Assembly: GCA_030646555.1 (NCBI GenBank)
Contig: JAUSKP010000048.1
Span: forward strand, 2,236 to 66,235
DNA: 64,000 nucleotides
Reading direction: 5' to 3'
Source: a bacterium
GTDB lineage: Bacteria; Patescibacteriota; Minisyncoccia; UBA6257; 02-FULL-45-10c
Shown here: in pieces, positions 1 through 9,117 of the stretch
Layout of the letters: each line of letters opens with the position of its first letter
Numbering within the stretch: position 1 is the first letter of the stretch
The notes under the pieces: generated by a model
Database searches by the model: none
Told to the model about the DNA's origin: nothing
The model's input: only the letters and a program-made list of their open reading frames with translations
Program-made: the position numbers and the translations under genes

Positions 1-1
1 T

Positions 2-778
2 CTTTTGGCGGATGTCCGCATCAGGGGCGTAAAAGTGGATGGGCACAAAGTGGTAAATCCGCTGGGATTTAAAGCAAAATCCGTAGAAATATATTTGAGC
101 GAAACTTTCGGTGTCAGGGATTTTATCAGGGGAGTCAGAGAATTAATGCCTTCCAATAAAATTATTTTCGTAAGCGAGGCGGGCACAACGCTGTCCCACA
201 CGCTTCTTAATTCTATAAATGAAAATAAGCCGTTGTTCCTGGTAAATTTATTTCCAAACCAAACCGCCGTCTTTCATGCTTCGGCCGGCCATCTGCGCCA
301 TATAGATAATTTTGCTTGGGGAGGCAATTCCTTGCTGCAAAATTTAAATGATAATTTTAAACTTGACGATGCCGTCTCTAAAACAATGATAGAAATTTAT
401 AATAGAAACGGCGGTTCTCCTCACCTGATTAAAAAATTGGAAAATATTTTTATGGAAGAATGCCAGCTTTTGGCTAATGGAATTGAGTTGTTGGCGCCGG
501 AAACCGGGAAAATATTCATAAATCCATACTTCAATCTTCCTTCTTGCCTGATCTCTGAAAGATTTGAGTCAAAGTTTAATAAAAATTTTAAAGTTGAATT
601 GTTATCCACCGATACAGTTATGAAAAAAACGGGTTTTACGATACAATTTAGTAAGTCTGTTAAAAAAATAAAGAATTTGTCAACGCTATCTTCTGTTCTG
701 TTGGAAATATTTTTGATGCCTAAAAACGAAAAGATCAATTATCTTGCCAATAGAAGGGTAAGGTGGCTTTTATCCTAA
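2..778 (+). CDS. FtsA/actin-fold-like protein, 5' partial
   Basis: Frame is open to the window edge. The 'VKVDGHKVVNPLG' segment and later 'AWGGNSL' resemble divergent FtsA-like proteins. Family assignment is tentative. Confidence 0.45.
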   Translation, partial: LLADVRIRGVKVDGHKVVNPLGFKAKSVEIYLSETFGVRDFIRGVRELMPSNKIIFVSEAGTTLSHTLLNSINENKPLFLVNLFPNQTAVFHASAGHLRHIDNFAWGGNSLLQNLNDNFKLDDAVSKTMIEIYNRNGGSPHLIKKLENIFMEECQLLANGIELLAPETGKIFINPYFNLPSCLISERFESKFNKNFKVELLSTDTVMKKTGFTIQFSKSVKKIKNLSTLSSVLLEIFLMPKNEKINYLANRRVRWLLS

Positions 779-791
779 CCAATTATTTTAA

Positions 792-2456
792 ATGAAAAAA
801 ATAAATATCAATAAAAGCGACGAGGCGGCTCTTATTGTTGAAAAAATTATAGAAACCGATTCAGACGAAGTTATTTTAATTATCCCAAGATTTTCTCAAC
901 TAGGGGAGTCTTTGAGCAATTTCCATCTTTTAAAAAGAGAGGCCGACGCTATAAGTAAAAAAATATTAATAGAGTCCGTAGATAACCGCGTTATTGAATT
1001 AGCCGAGCTTGCAGGCATTGAAGCCATAAATCCTTTTTTTGTAAAAAATAAAAGGCAATTTTCAGATATAATCCCTAAAAAAGAAAAAAGCGGGTCAGGT
1101 AAAAAAGATAAACCATCAGTTTCTACCAGAGAGACTTCTCGCGGAGAGGAAGATTGGAAAAAAGAAGAGGAATTTATTAAAAAAATTTCCAGCAATTTAA
1201 GCCTTGAAGAATTTGAAAACAAACAAAGTAGATTTCATAAAAAAGAAAAAGAGGAAAGAGTAGAAGAAGAAAGTAGTGAGGAAGTTGATGGATCTGAAGA
1301 AAAGGAATCTTTCATAAAAAAGATTCCCATTAAAATGGTTGTCGGAGCCGTTGTTTTAGGGTTGGTTGTTTTTGGCGCCGTCACAATACTTCCCAAAGTA
1401 GACATTAAGCTCGTTTCTAAAAAAATAGATTGGTCTTATAACGATTCAGTGATCACCCAAGTAAATGCTAAAGCTGATTACAAGACTGTCACCATTCCTA
1501 ATCAAAAATCTACTTCATCTAAATCTTCCTCTCTGCCATTTCCGGCAACCGGAAAAAAACAAGTTTCCGACAAAGCTTCCGGAAAAATGACGATCTATAA
1601 CAGCTATAGTTCCGATGCTCAAACCTTAGTAAAAGATACCCGTTTTCTTTCTCCCGATGGAAAGATATTTAAATTAGCCAAACAGATCATTGTGCCGGGA
1701 GCTAAAATATCCGAGGGCAAGATACTTCCATCAAGCATTGACGCGGATGTTGTTGCCGAAAAAGCCGGTGAAGAATACAACGTTGGTCCGGTGAAACTTT
1801 TCCAGATTCCAGGATTTAAAGGCACTCCAAAATACGCGGCGTTTTACGGGGAATCAAAAGGCAGTATGGCCGGCGGATTTGTTGGAGAAATTTCTTATCC
1901 AACCACATCCGATATTGCCGCTGCCAAGAAAAAAATGAAAGAAACATTGGAAAGCAGTTTGAAGACGGAGCTTTATTCTAAAATTTCCAGCGATTTTAAA
2001 ATTGTGGAAGGATCCTCGGTTTTTTCAACCACAAAAGAAGAGATAAATGAAACCGTTGATAAGGACGGCAATTTTTCTATTTCATCTGAAGCGCAGATGA
2101 CCGTTATTTCTTTTAAAGAATCCGATTTGATTGATGTATTAAGTCAAAAAGCGAAAGCCGAGAAAGGCGAGAATTATGCCGTTAAAAGCCATAGTTTGGA
2201 ATATGGCATTGCCAGAATGGATGTAGCTTCCGGGAGATTGAGCTTCCCGATGACTTTTAAGGCTGTTTTGAGCTATAAAACAGATATTGAAAAGCTTAAA
2301 AGCGATATTGCCGATATGTCGGATATTAAACTCAGAGAAACGATCTTTTCTCTTCCCAGTATTGATATGGAAAGCCAGAACGTTGTTTCGTTTTGGCCAT
2401 TTTGGGTAAAAACGGTTCCGAACAACCTAAATAAGATAAATATAACGGTTGACTAA
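792..2456 (+). CDS. Membrane-anchored protein with baseplate-J-like C-terminal region
   Basis: 554 aa with a charged linker and one TM segment (MVVGAVVLGLVVFGAVTIL). 'SGKMTIYN...TRF.SPDGKIF...VPG...VVAEKAGEEYN...MAGG' resembles Baseplate_J-like domains. Confidence 0.55.
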   Translation: MKKININKSDEAALIVEKIIETDSDEVILIIPRFSQLGESLSNFHLLKREADAISKKILIESVDNRVIELAELAGIEAINPFFVKNKRQFSDIIPKKEKSGSGKKDKPSVSTRETSRGEEDWKKEEEFIKKISSNLSLEEFENKQSRFHKKEKEERVEEESSEEVDGSEEKESFIKKIPIKMVVGAVVLGLVVFGAVTILPKVDIKLVSKKIDWSYNDSVITQVNAKADYKTVTIPNQKSTSSKSSSLPFPATGKKQVSDKASGKMTIYNSYSSDAQTLVKDTRFLSPDGKIFKLAKQIIVPGAKISEGKILPSSIDADVVAEKAGEEYNVGPVKLFQIPGFKGTPKYAAFYGESKGSMAGGFVGEISYPTTSDIAAAKKKMKETLESSLKTELYSKISSDFKIVEGSSVFSTTKEEINETVDKDGNFSISSEAQMTVISFKESDLIDVLSQKAKAEKGENYAVKSHSLEYGIARMDVASGRLSFPMTFKAVLSYKTDIEKLKSDIADMSDIKLRETIFSLPSIDMESQNVVSFWPFWVKTVPNNLNKINITVD

Positions 2457-2495
2457 AATATAGCGCCGTGCTATATTTTGCATACCGTTTTTATT

Positions 2496-2708
2496 ATGAA
2501 AGATGACTCAGTAAAGCAGCTGGAAGGCATCGTTGAAGAGGCTCTTCCGGGCACTAATTTTAGAGTAGTAAGTGGAGATAAGAAAATTCTCGCGCATCTT
2601 TCTGGTAAAATGCGCATGAATTATATTAAAATATTACCAGGCGATAAGGTCCTGCTCGATGTCAGCGCTTACGATGAGACTCGGGGAAGAATAACAAGAA
2701 GACTTTAA
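2496..2708 (+). CDS. infA: Translation initiation factor IF-1
   Basis: [15 protein letters not shown] and [21 protein letters not shown] motifs. ATG at 2496 preferred over the TTG at 2478. Confidence 0.95.
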   Translation: MKDDSVKQLEGIVEEALPGTNFRVVSGDKKILAHLSGKMRMNYIKILPGDKVLLDVSAYDETRGRITRRL

Positions 2709-2748
2709 AGTAATCAACTAATAGCGAATTAAGTACGAATTTACGAAT
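2708..2748. repeat. ~40-bp repeat with 8-mer periodicity (ACGAATNN); second copy at 54283-54322
   Basis: aagtaatcaactaatagcgaattaagtacgaatttacgaat versus aagtaatcaacgaatagcgaattagtacgaatatacgaat. Confidence 0.8.
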
Positions 2749-2754
2749 AATACT

Positions 2755-2868
2755 ATGAAGGTAAGAGCTTCGGTAAAAAAAATTTGCAACAGCTGTATAG
2801 TGGTCAGAAGAAAGGGCCGCGTTTGCATTGTTTGCAAAACTAAAAAACATAAACAAAGACAAGGTTAA
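2755..2868 (+). CDS. rpmJ: 50S ribosomal protein L36
   Basis: Translated by hand because it is below the ORF-track cutoff: [37 protein letters not shown]. Canonical position between infA and rpsM. Confidence 0.97.
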   Translation: MKVRASVKKICNSCIVVRRKGRVCIVCKTKKHKQRQG

Positions 2869-2873
2869 AATTT

Positions 2874-3257
2874 ATGAGACTATTGGGTATAAATATTCCG
2901 GACAATAAAAAAGTAGAAATTTCTCTTATGTATCTTTATGGCATAGGCCGTACTTTGTCGCGCGATATTTTGGAAAAAACTAGAATTGATATGAATAAAA
3001 GAGCGAAAGATCTGACTTCCGATGAACTTAGCAAGCTTAAAGAATATATTGAAAAAAATTATAAAATTGAAGGAGAATTAAAACAGATTATCAAGCAAAA
3101 TATAATGATGCTGAAAGATTTGGGAACTTATAGGGGATCCAGGCATGCCCGCAAACTTCCAGTGCGCGGACAAAGGACAAAAACCAATTCTAGAACCGTT
3201 CGCGGCAATGTCAGAAAAACTGCCGGCAGCGGTAAGAGAAAAACTGACTTAAAATAA
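2874..3257 (+). CDS. rpsM: 30S ribosomal protein S13
   Basis: YLYGIG and YRGSRHARKLPVRGQRTKTNSRT motifs. Confidence 0.97.
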   Translation: MRLLGINIPDNKKVEISLMYLYGIGRTLSRDILEKTRIDMNKRAKDLTSDELSKLKEYIEKNYKIEGELKQIIKQNIMMLKDLGTYRGSRHARKLPVRGQRTKTNSRTVRGNVRKTAGSGKRKTDLK

Positions 3258-3281
3258 TATATAAATTAATTTCTAAACAAA

Positions 3282-3737
3282 ATGGGAAAAGTTAAGGTGG
3301 CAAAAAACGAAAATAAAGAGGCAGTATTGGAAGGAAAAGACAAGGTTGAAAACGCAGTTGTAAAGACTAGCGCTAAATCAAGCGCTAAAAAAGTTGATAC
3401 CGGCAATGCTTATATAAAAGTTTCATATAATAATACTTTGATTTCGGTTACCGATGAAAAAGGTAATTTGTTAGCCTGGTCTTCAGCCGGCGCCCTTGGC
3501 TTTTCCGGACCTAAAAAGGCCACGCCATTCGCAGCCTCTAAAGTTGTCGCTGCGTTAGCTGAAAAATTAAAAAAGTCAGGTCCAGTCAATTTGCATGTTA
3601 TGGTCAATGGTATCGGCGGGGGCAGGGATTCTTCCATCCGTTCATTTGCCAACCAGGGTTTTAATATCTTATCCGTTAGAGACATTACCCCGATCCCGCA
3701 CAATGGTCCGAAACCAGTTAAAGTCAGAAGAGTTTAA
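3282..3737 (+). CDS. rpsK: 30S ribosomal protein S11
   Basis: SYNNTLISVTD, KKATPFAA and DITPIPHNG motifs. Confidence 0.97.
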   Translation: MGKVKVAKNENKEAVLEGKDKVENAVVKTSAKSSAKKVDTGNAYIKVSYNNTLISVTDEKGNLLAWSSAGALGFSGPKKATPFAASKVVAALAEKLKKSGPVNLHVMVNGIGGGRDSSIRSFANQGFNILSVRDITPIPHNGPKPVKVRRV

Positions 3738-3752
3738 TTTTTTAAAATAATT

Positions 3753-4367
3753 ATGTTTGATACTAGAGAAAAAAAGGAACGATCATTGGGCACTAAGCTT
3801 TTTTTGAAAGCCCATCGTTGTAATTCTCCAAAATGCGCCCTTGAAAGAAGGCAGGTCAAGCCGGGAGCTCATGGAGCCAGTAGGAAAGGAAAAAAATCAG
3901 AATATGGAGAGCAGCTCAATGAAAAGCAGAAAGTGCGATTTACTTATGGACTCAGGGAGTCTCAGATTCGCATTATTTTTAAAGCTGCTTCTAAAAAATC
4001 AGGAATTACGGGCAATATGATTATCCAACTCTTAGAAAGACGTCTAGACAATGTCGTTTTTAGGCTTGGATTAGCTCCATCTCGTTCCGTAGCGCGACAA
4101 TTGGTAAATCATGGACATATTATGGTAAACGATAAAAAGGTGACCATTTCTTCGTTTTCCGTGAAAGTAGGAGATAAAATAAGTATTCGTCCGCAATCAA
4201 AAGATCACGTAGTTTTTAAGGATCTGTCCGTTAATTTATTGAAGTATGTCGCTCCTCTTTGGCTCAATTTAAACCCGGAAAAATTAGAAGGAAAGGTAAT
4301 TTCTCTTCCGGCCGATATTGAGTTTCCTTTTGATATTAATATGGTCGTCGATTTTTACTCTAAATAA
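3753..4367 (+). CDS. rpsD: 30S ribosomal protein S4
   Basis: SEYGEQLNEKQKVRFTYGL, LERRLDNVVFRLG and ARQLVNHGHI motifs. Confidence 0.97.
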   Translation: MFDTREKKERSLGTKLFLKAHRCNSPKCALERRQVKPGAHGASRKGKKSEYGEQLNEKQKVRFTYGLRESQIRIIFKAASKKSGITGNMIIQLLERRLDNVVFRLGLAPSRSVARQLVNHGHIMVNDKKVTISSFSVKVGDKISIRPQSKDHVVFKDLSVNLLKYVAPLWLNLNPEKLEGKVISLPADIEFPFDINMVVDFYSK

Positions 4368-4382
4368 TAATTAAAAAAAACT

Positions 4383-5144
4383 ATGGAATTTACATATTTA
4401 AGCGAGTCAGTAAGCATTAAAAAAATCTCTGAAACTATTACCGATGGCGTTTTTGAAATAGAAGGTCTTTATAACGGATATGGTTTAACGTTAGGAAACG
4501 CCCTAAGAAGAACTTTGTTTTCTTCTTTGCCCGGAGCAGCCATCACGCAAGTTAAAATAAAAGGCGTTGATCATGAATTTTCTACCATTCCGCATGTCTT
4601 AGAGGATATAGTGGAAATTTGCCTTAATCTTAAGAAAATAAGATTTAAGATCCTTGTAGACGAGCCTCAAATTTTAACATTGAAAATAAAAGGCGAGAAA
4701 AAAGTTTTAGCCAGTGATATTAAAGCCGGATCTCAAATTGAGATAATCAGCCCGGATATTCACATTGCTACTTTGTCTTCAAAATCAGCCGATTTAGATA
4801 TGGAATTAACAGTTGAAAAAGGCCTCGGATATGTGCCTGTTGAAGTCAGGAAATTTGAAAAACTCCCTGTCGGCACCATTGCCCTGGATTCATTTTTCTC
4901 CCCGGTTGTTAAAGTTAATTTTACGGTGGAAAATATGCGCGTAGGCGACAGGACCGATTATAATAAATTGAAAATAGAGATCAAGACAGACGGCAGTATT
5001 ACGCCTTCTTCCGCTTTGCATAAAGCCGGAAATATCTTGAAAGATCATTTTGATAAGATCTCAAAAGTAGAGGTATTGGAAATTACATCGGCTGAGACTA
5101 AAAAAGAAGTTAAAATCAAAAAAACAGTCAAAAAGAAGAAATAA
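4383..5144 (+). CDS. rpoA: RNA polymerase alpha subunit (NTD only, Lys-rich tail, no alpha-CTD)
   Basis: GYGLTLGNALRRTL, HEFSTIPHVLED, KGLGYVP, FSPV and RVGDRTDY motifs. Only 253 aa. Confidence 0.95.
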   Translation: MEFTYLSESVSIKKISETITDGVFEIEGLYNGYGLTLGNALRRTLFSSLPGAAITQVKIKGVDHEFSTIPHVLEDIVEICLNLKKIRFKILVDEPQILTLKIKGEKKVLASDIKAGSQIEIISPDIHIATLSSKSADLDMELTVEKGLGYVPVEVRKFEKLPVGTIALDSFFSPVVKVNFTVENMRVGDRTDYNKLKIEIKTDGSITPSSALHKAGNILKDHFDKISKVEVLEITSAETKKEVKIKKTVKKKK

Positions 5145-5150
5145 TAAAAG

Positions 5151-5217
5151 CGATTAGTACTTAGCGACTAGCGACTAGTAAAGAAAAAATACTAGGAACT
5201 AGTGGCTAGTGGCTAGT
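5151..5217. repeat. Inverted heptamer arrays (TAGCGAC)n / (GTGGCTA)n around an 11-bp spacer
   Basis: ...ttagcgactagcgactagt aaagaaaaaat actaggaactagtggctagtggctagt. Confidence 0.7.
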
Positions 5218-5229
5218 CCACTATTCACA

Positions 5230-5562
5230 ATGAGAAAGTTCCACAAGAAAAAGGGTCCGAGAAAGTTGTTTATAAAAACTTTGGCCCACAACTTAATAAT
5301 GAAGGGCAAGATGGAAACCACGGAAGCTAAAGCAAAGGGAATCAGGCCCGTTGTTGAAAAGGCTATGACTTTGGCTAAGAAAAATAATTTGGCCAGCTTG
5401 AGATTGCTTTTATCGAGACTCACCAAAGATTCAGCCAATAAATTATATTACGAATTAGCCCCGAAATATAAAGATAGAACCTCCGGATATTTGCGCATCC
5501 TAAAGATCGGCGGACAAAGAAAACGTGATGCCGCTCAAAAAGCATTAATTGAATTTGTATAA
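5230..5562 (+). CDS. rplQ: 50S ribosomal protein L17
   Basis: ETTEAKAK, VEKAMTLAK, GYLRILK and RKRDAA motifs. ATG at 5230 preferred because the GTG at 5209 lies in the heptamer array. Confidence 0.95.
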   Translation: MRKFHKKKGPRKLFIKTLAHNLIMKGKMETTEAKAKGIRPVVEKAMTLAKKNNLASLRLLLSRLTKDSANKLYYELAPKYKDRTSGYLRILKIGGQRKRDAAQKALIEFV

Positions 5563-5903
5563 TGGAATATATTATTGACGCGACAAATAAAAAATTAGGC
5601 AGAATGGCTTCAGAAATAGCTTCTATTTTGCAAAATAAAAAGAGCGCCTATTATGAGCCAAGGCTCGCCGGCAGTGATAGCGTTCTTGTCAAAAATATTG
5701 ATAAGCTGGATATCGCCGCTAATAAAAGAGAGCAAAAGATATATTATCGCCACACCGGCTATATGGGGCATTTAAAGGAAAAGAAATTAGGAATTGCTTA
5801 TGCTGAAAATCCCGCCAAGGTCTTGAGAAGGACTGTGGAAAGGATGCTACCGAAAAACTTTTTGAAAATGAAAAGATTAAGACGTTTAATTATTGAAAAA
5901 TAA
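5562..5903 (+). CDS. rplM: 50S ribosomal protein L13 (short form)
   Basis: IDATNKKLGRMAS, YYRHTGYMG and MLPKN motifs. Confidence 0.95.
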   Translation: MEYIIDATNKKLGRMASEIASILQNKKSAYYEPRLAGSDSVLVKNIDKLDIAANKREQKIYYRHTGYMGHLKEKKLGIAYAENPAKVLRRTVERMLPKNFLKMKRLRRLIIEK

Positions 5904-5904
5904 T

Positions 5905-6414
5905 ATGATAAAAAAAGCTGTAAAAAAGGAAACAACTAAAAAGGAGCCCGTAGTTAAAAAAGTTGCCATAAAATCAGCGGTTGTTAAACCGGTGATTGTT
6001 AAAAAGGAAGAGAAAGCGGTTTCAAAGGGCAGATATATTGAAACGGTTGGAAGAAGAAAAACTTCCATTGCAAGAGTAAGACTCATGATTAATGAGTCCG
6101 GCATTAAGATCAATGGAAAGGACTATAAAGATTATTTGAGGTTGTTAAAACTCCAAGAGATTATAATCGCGCCTTTAGCGATTTTGGAATTAAGAGATAA
6201 GCATGGGTTTACTGTTGTTGTGAGCGGTGGCGGAATATTTTCACAAGCCGAAGCCATTAGGCACGGAATTACAAGGGCTCTGATCAAATTAAATGCTGAA
6301 TTTAGAAAGAGGCTTAAAAAATACGGCTTTATTACCAGGGATTCAAGAATGGTAGAAAGAAAGAAACCGGGCCTTAAAAAGGCAAGAAAAGCTCCGCAAT
6401 GGGCCAAGAGATAA
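5905..6414 (+). CDS. rpsI: 30S ribosomal protein S9 with Lys-rich N-terminal extension
   Basis: GRRKTSIARV, GGGIFSQAEAIRHGI and RDSRMVERKKPGLKKARKAPQWAKR motifs. Confidence 0.96.
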   Translation: MIKKAVKKETTKKEPVVKKVAIKSAVVKPVIVKKEEKAVSKGRYIETVGRRKTSIARVRLMINESGIKINGKDYKDYLRLLKLQEIIIAPLAILELRDKHGFTVVVSGGGIFSQAEAIRHGITRALIKLNAEFRKRLKKYGFITRDSRMVERKKPGLKKARKAPQWAKR

Positions 6415-6427
6415 GGATTTAGTAAAT

Positions 6428-6463
6428 AAAAACTCCCTCAATCCATCGGATTGAGGGAGTTTT
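6428..6463. terminator. Bidirectional intrinsic terminator
   Basis: aaaactccctcaatcc-atc-ggattgagggagtttt between convergent genes. Confidence 0.85.
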
Positions 6464-6465
6464 GT

Positions 6466-7800
6466 TTATTGTGCGATCTTATATAGAGATTCGTTCTTGA
6501 TCAGAAATATTGAATTTTCCTGTCCGTCGTAAAAATATTTATCAATGCCGGTATCAATCGTTTGCAGATTTACTGGCTGATCATCATTGATCTCTAAAAA
6601 TTTCAGGGTTGTTTCGGATTTCACAAATAGATAATAGGAATTACCACTCCAAATAAAAGGAAGACTGGTATCTAAAGAGCTTATTTCAAAAGATGAAGTT
6701 CCCATTGATTTTTTGTTGAATAATTCGTAATCATCCCCGATAAAGAATATTTTTATCGTATTATTAGAGACCGTGGCTATTTTTTTACTATCCGGAGAGA
6801 ATTTAAAGAAAGTTGGGTTATCTATCAGGTTTATTAAATTGTTTTCTTTTTTAGATCTGTCTAAAAGTGTCAGCTTGTTATTTTCGGATAAAGCTACGAA
6901 TTGATTATTTGGTGAAATTTCTAAAGAATTAATACCCGCTTGATTTAATAGGGTAGAGGTCTCACCATTGTTTAAATTGTAGAAATATAAAGAATTTGTA
7001 TCGGTAAAAAATATTTCTTCTCCGCTAGCGCTAAAAAGAGTATATTGGCCGGGGTTAATTATTTCCAGGGAGGGCCTATAAAAATCTAAAATGTATAAAT
7101 TTTTATTTGTTGCTAGGATAAGCTTGTTTTTATCAGAGGGATGAGCGATGATTTTTTTAATAGGATTTTTATCGGTAATTATTTTTTGATACTTAAGATT
7201 ATCAAAAAGCAAATTGATATTTAAAGCGGAATTGTTTTGCGCGGGATTGATAATAAGATAATTTTTTGTAATCTCATCGTAAACTAAAGCAGATTTTTTG
7301 CCGGCTAGCCACGTTAAGAATTCGGTTCCCTTGATTATTTTGTCGCCCATTCTCAACTTATTATTTGTATCTTGCCATGCCAGATAGTTAGTATTTGAAA
7401 AAAAATCCCCAACTTTGTTTTTTAAAAGCGTTTCGGCGCTTTTTACGGGAATTAAAATTATTGGATAAATTTGAGTGACTAAAGATGGTTTTATAGCCAA
7501 GTTTTTATTCCATGATTGATACTCGTCTTTTTGTATGGAAATATGATAGGTTTTTGGAAATAGATTAGCTATTAATAAGCCACTTTTCATAAAACTGGAT
7601 TTTATTTCAAAACTTAACTTATCTACTCGGACCGAAGCTTCGGTTGGTTCTACATTCAAATAAAGTCCGCCAAGCTTTACAAAGCTAAGATTGCCAAGAT
7701 CAAAACGCCAGCCATTGGAATAGGGAATAATAAAAAAGGCGAGAATTAAGAAGATTATTATTAGGGCGTAAAATATGAGCCGTCTAATTTTTAGATTCAT
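6466..7800 (-). CDS. Membrane-anchored PEGA-like / beta-propeller (WD40-like) protein
   Basis: N-terminal TM, 'GWRFD...GGLYL.VEP' and WD-like 'EISPNNQ'/'KFSPDSK' repeats. ATG at 7800 avoids overlap with murA. Confidence 0.6.
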   Translation of the reverse strand: MNLKIRRLIFYALIIIFLILAFFIIPYSNGWRFDLGNLSFVKLGGLYLNVEPTEASVRVDKLSFEIKSSFMKSGLLIANLFPKTYHISIQKDEYQSWNKNLAIKPSLVTQIYPIILIPVKSAETLLKNKVGDFFSNTNYLAWQDTNNKLRMGDKIIKGTEFLTWLAGKKSALVYDEITKNYLIINPAQNNSALNINLLFDNLKYQKIITDKNPIKKIIAHPSDKNKLILATNKNLYILDFYRPSLEIINPGQYTLFSASGEEIFFTDTNSLYFYNLNNGETSTLLNQAGINSLEISPNNQFVALSENNKLTLLDRSKKENNLINLIDNPTFFKFSPDSKKIATVSNNTIKIFFIGDDYELFNKKSMGTSSFEISSLDTSLPFIWSGNSYYLFVKSETTLKFLEINDDQPVNLQTIDTGIDKYFYDGQENSIFLIKNESLYKIAQ

Positions 7801-7833
7801 TTTAATTGAGTTATTATGTAAGTAATACTTATT

Positions 7834-9099
7834 ATGAAGTTTATCATTAACGGAGGCAAGCATTTAAAAGGCGAGGTGTCCGTGAAGGGATTTAAAAATT
7901 CTGCTACCCCCATTATAGCCGCTACAATTTTAAATACTACCGGTAAAACTATCCTGGAAAACATCCCCAAAATAGGCGATGTTTTGACGATGCTTGATAT
8001 ATTAAAAAGCTGCGGATCCAAACAGAAATGGATAGGCGAATATTCTATTGAAATAGATAATACCGATTTTTCACCTGAGCTCATAGACCACGTTTTGGTT
8101 AAAAAAATAAGGTCATCGGTTCTTTTGGTGGGACCAATGCTTGCCAGATTTAAAAAATTCAAATTAGCCACTCCGGGCGGCTGCCATATCGGCGCCAGAC
8201 CATTAGATACCCACCTTGAAGCATTTAAAGAACTTGGAGTTAAAATTAATTTTGATGAAAAAGCCGGTTTGTATGAATTGTCTTTTAATGAAATAAAGGG
8301 CAATAAAATAATCTTAAAAGAATTAAGCGTCACTGCCACGGAAAATTTATTGATGTTCGCGGCTGACAACAATTTGGAAATAAGGCTGGCCGCGACAGAG
8401 CCGCATGTTTTAGATCTTTCTATTTTTTTGAAAAAGATAGGAGTATCTATTTCCGGACTAGGCACCAATTTTTTATTCGTCAAAAAGAGAGAGAACAGCG
8501 CCAATAAAGAAATAAAACACAGAATAATCAATGATCCTATTGAGGCGGGAACTTTTGCTGTTTTGGCGGCGGCCACGAAGAGCGATATTTTAATTAAGGG
8601 GTGCAACCCCGAATTTTTAGACGCGCCCATTATGAAATTAAGGGATTTTGGAGTATCTTTTGAAATAAGCGATAATAATATCCGTGTAAATGGAAAGGCT
8701 TCGGTATTAAAGGCGGCAAAAATTCAAACGCTTCCTTATCCAGGCTTTCCAACCGACCTTCAGGCTCCATTTGGAGTTTTAGCCACACAGGCCAAGGGCA
8801 GTTCGCTTATTTTTGACATTATGTATGAAGGCAGATTAAAATATATAAATGAATTGAAAAAGATGGGGGCGGATGCAGTTATCCTAGATCCTCATCGGGC
8901 AATTATTACCGGGCCGACAGTTTTGGAAGGAGCAGAGATAGAAAGTTTAGATTTGAGAGCGGGAGCCACGCTCGTGATTGCGGCCTTACTAGCAAAAGGT
9001 AAAAGTGTGATTGGAAATATTGAACAGATAGACAGGGGATACGAAAAACTTGATGAGCGACTAGCGAAACTAGGAGCAGATATAAAAAGAACTAATTAA
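7834..9099 (+). CDS. murA: UDP-N-acetylglucosamine 1-carboxyvinyltransferase
   Basis: KNSATPI, PGGCHIGARP (catalytic Cys), PGFPTDLQ, DLRAGA and IDRGYE motifs. Confidence 0.97.
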   Translation: MKFIINGGKHLKGEVSVKGFKNSATPIIAATILNTTGKTILENIPKIGDVLTMLDILKSCGSKQKWIGEYSIEIDNTDFSPELIDHVLVKKIRSSVLLVGPMLARFKKFKLATPGGCHIGARPLDTHLEAFKELGVKINFDEKAGLYELSFNEIKGNKIILKELSVTATENLLMFAADNNLEIRLAATEPHVLDLSIFLKKIGVSISGLGTNFLFVKKRENSANKEIKHRIINDPIEAGTFAVLAAATKSDILIKGCNPEFLDAPIMKLRDFGVSFEISDNNIRVNGKASVLKAAKIQTLPYPGFPTDLQAPFGVLATQAKGSSLIFDIMYEGRLKYINELKKMGADAVILDPHRAIITGPTVLEGAEIESLDLRAGATLVIAALLAKGKSVIGNIEQIDRGYEKLDERLAKLGADIKRTN

Positions 9100-9117
9100 T
9101 TTTTTAAATATAATAAA

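Noticed and set aside
7797-8630. 277-aa antisense ORF over murA, and similar shadow ORFs elsewhere
   Set aside because: They lie entirely opposite well-supported genes and have no independent motifs.
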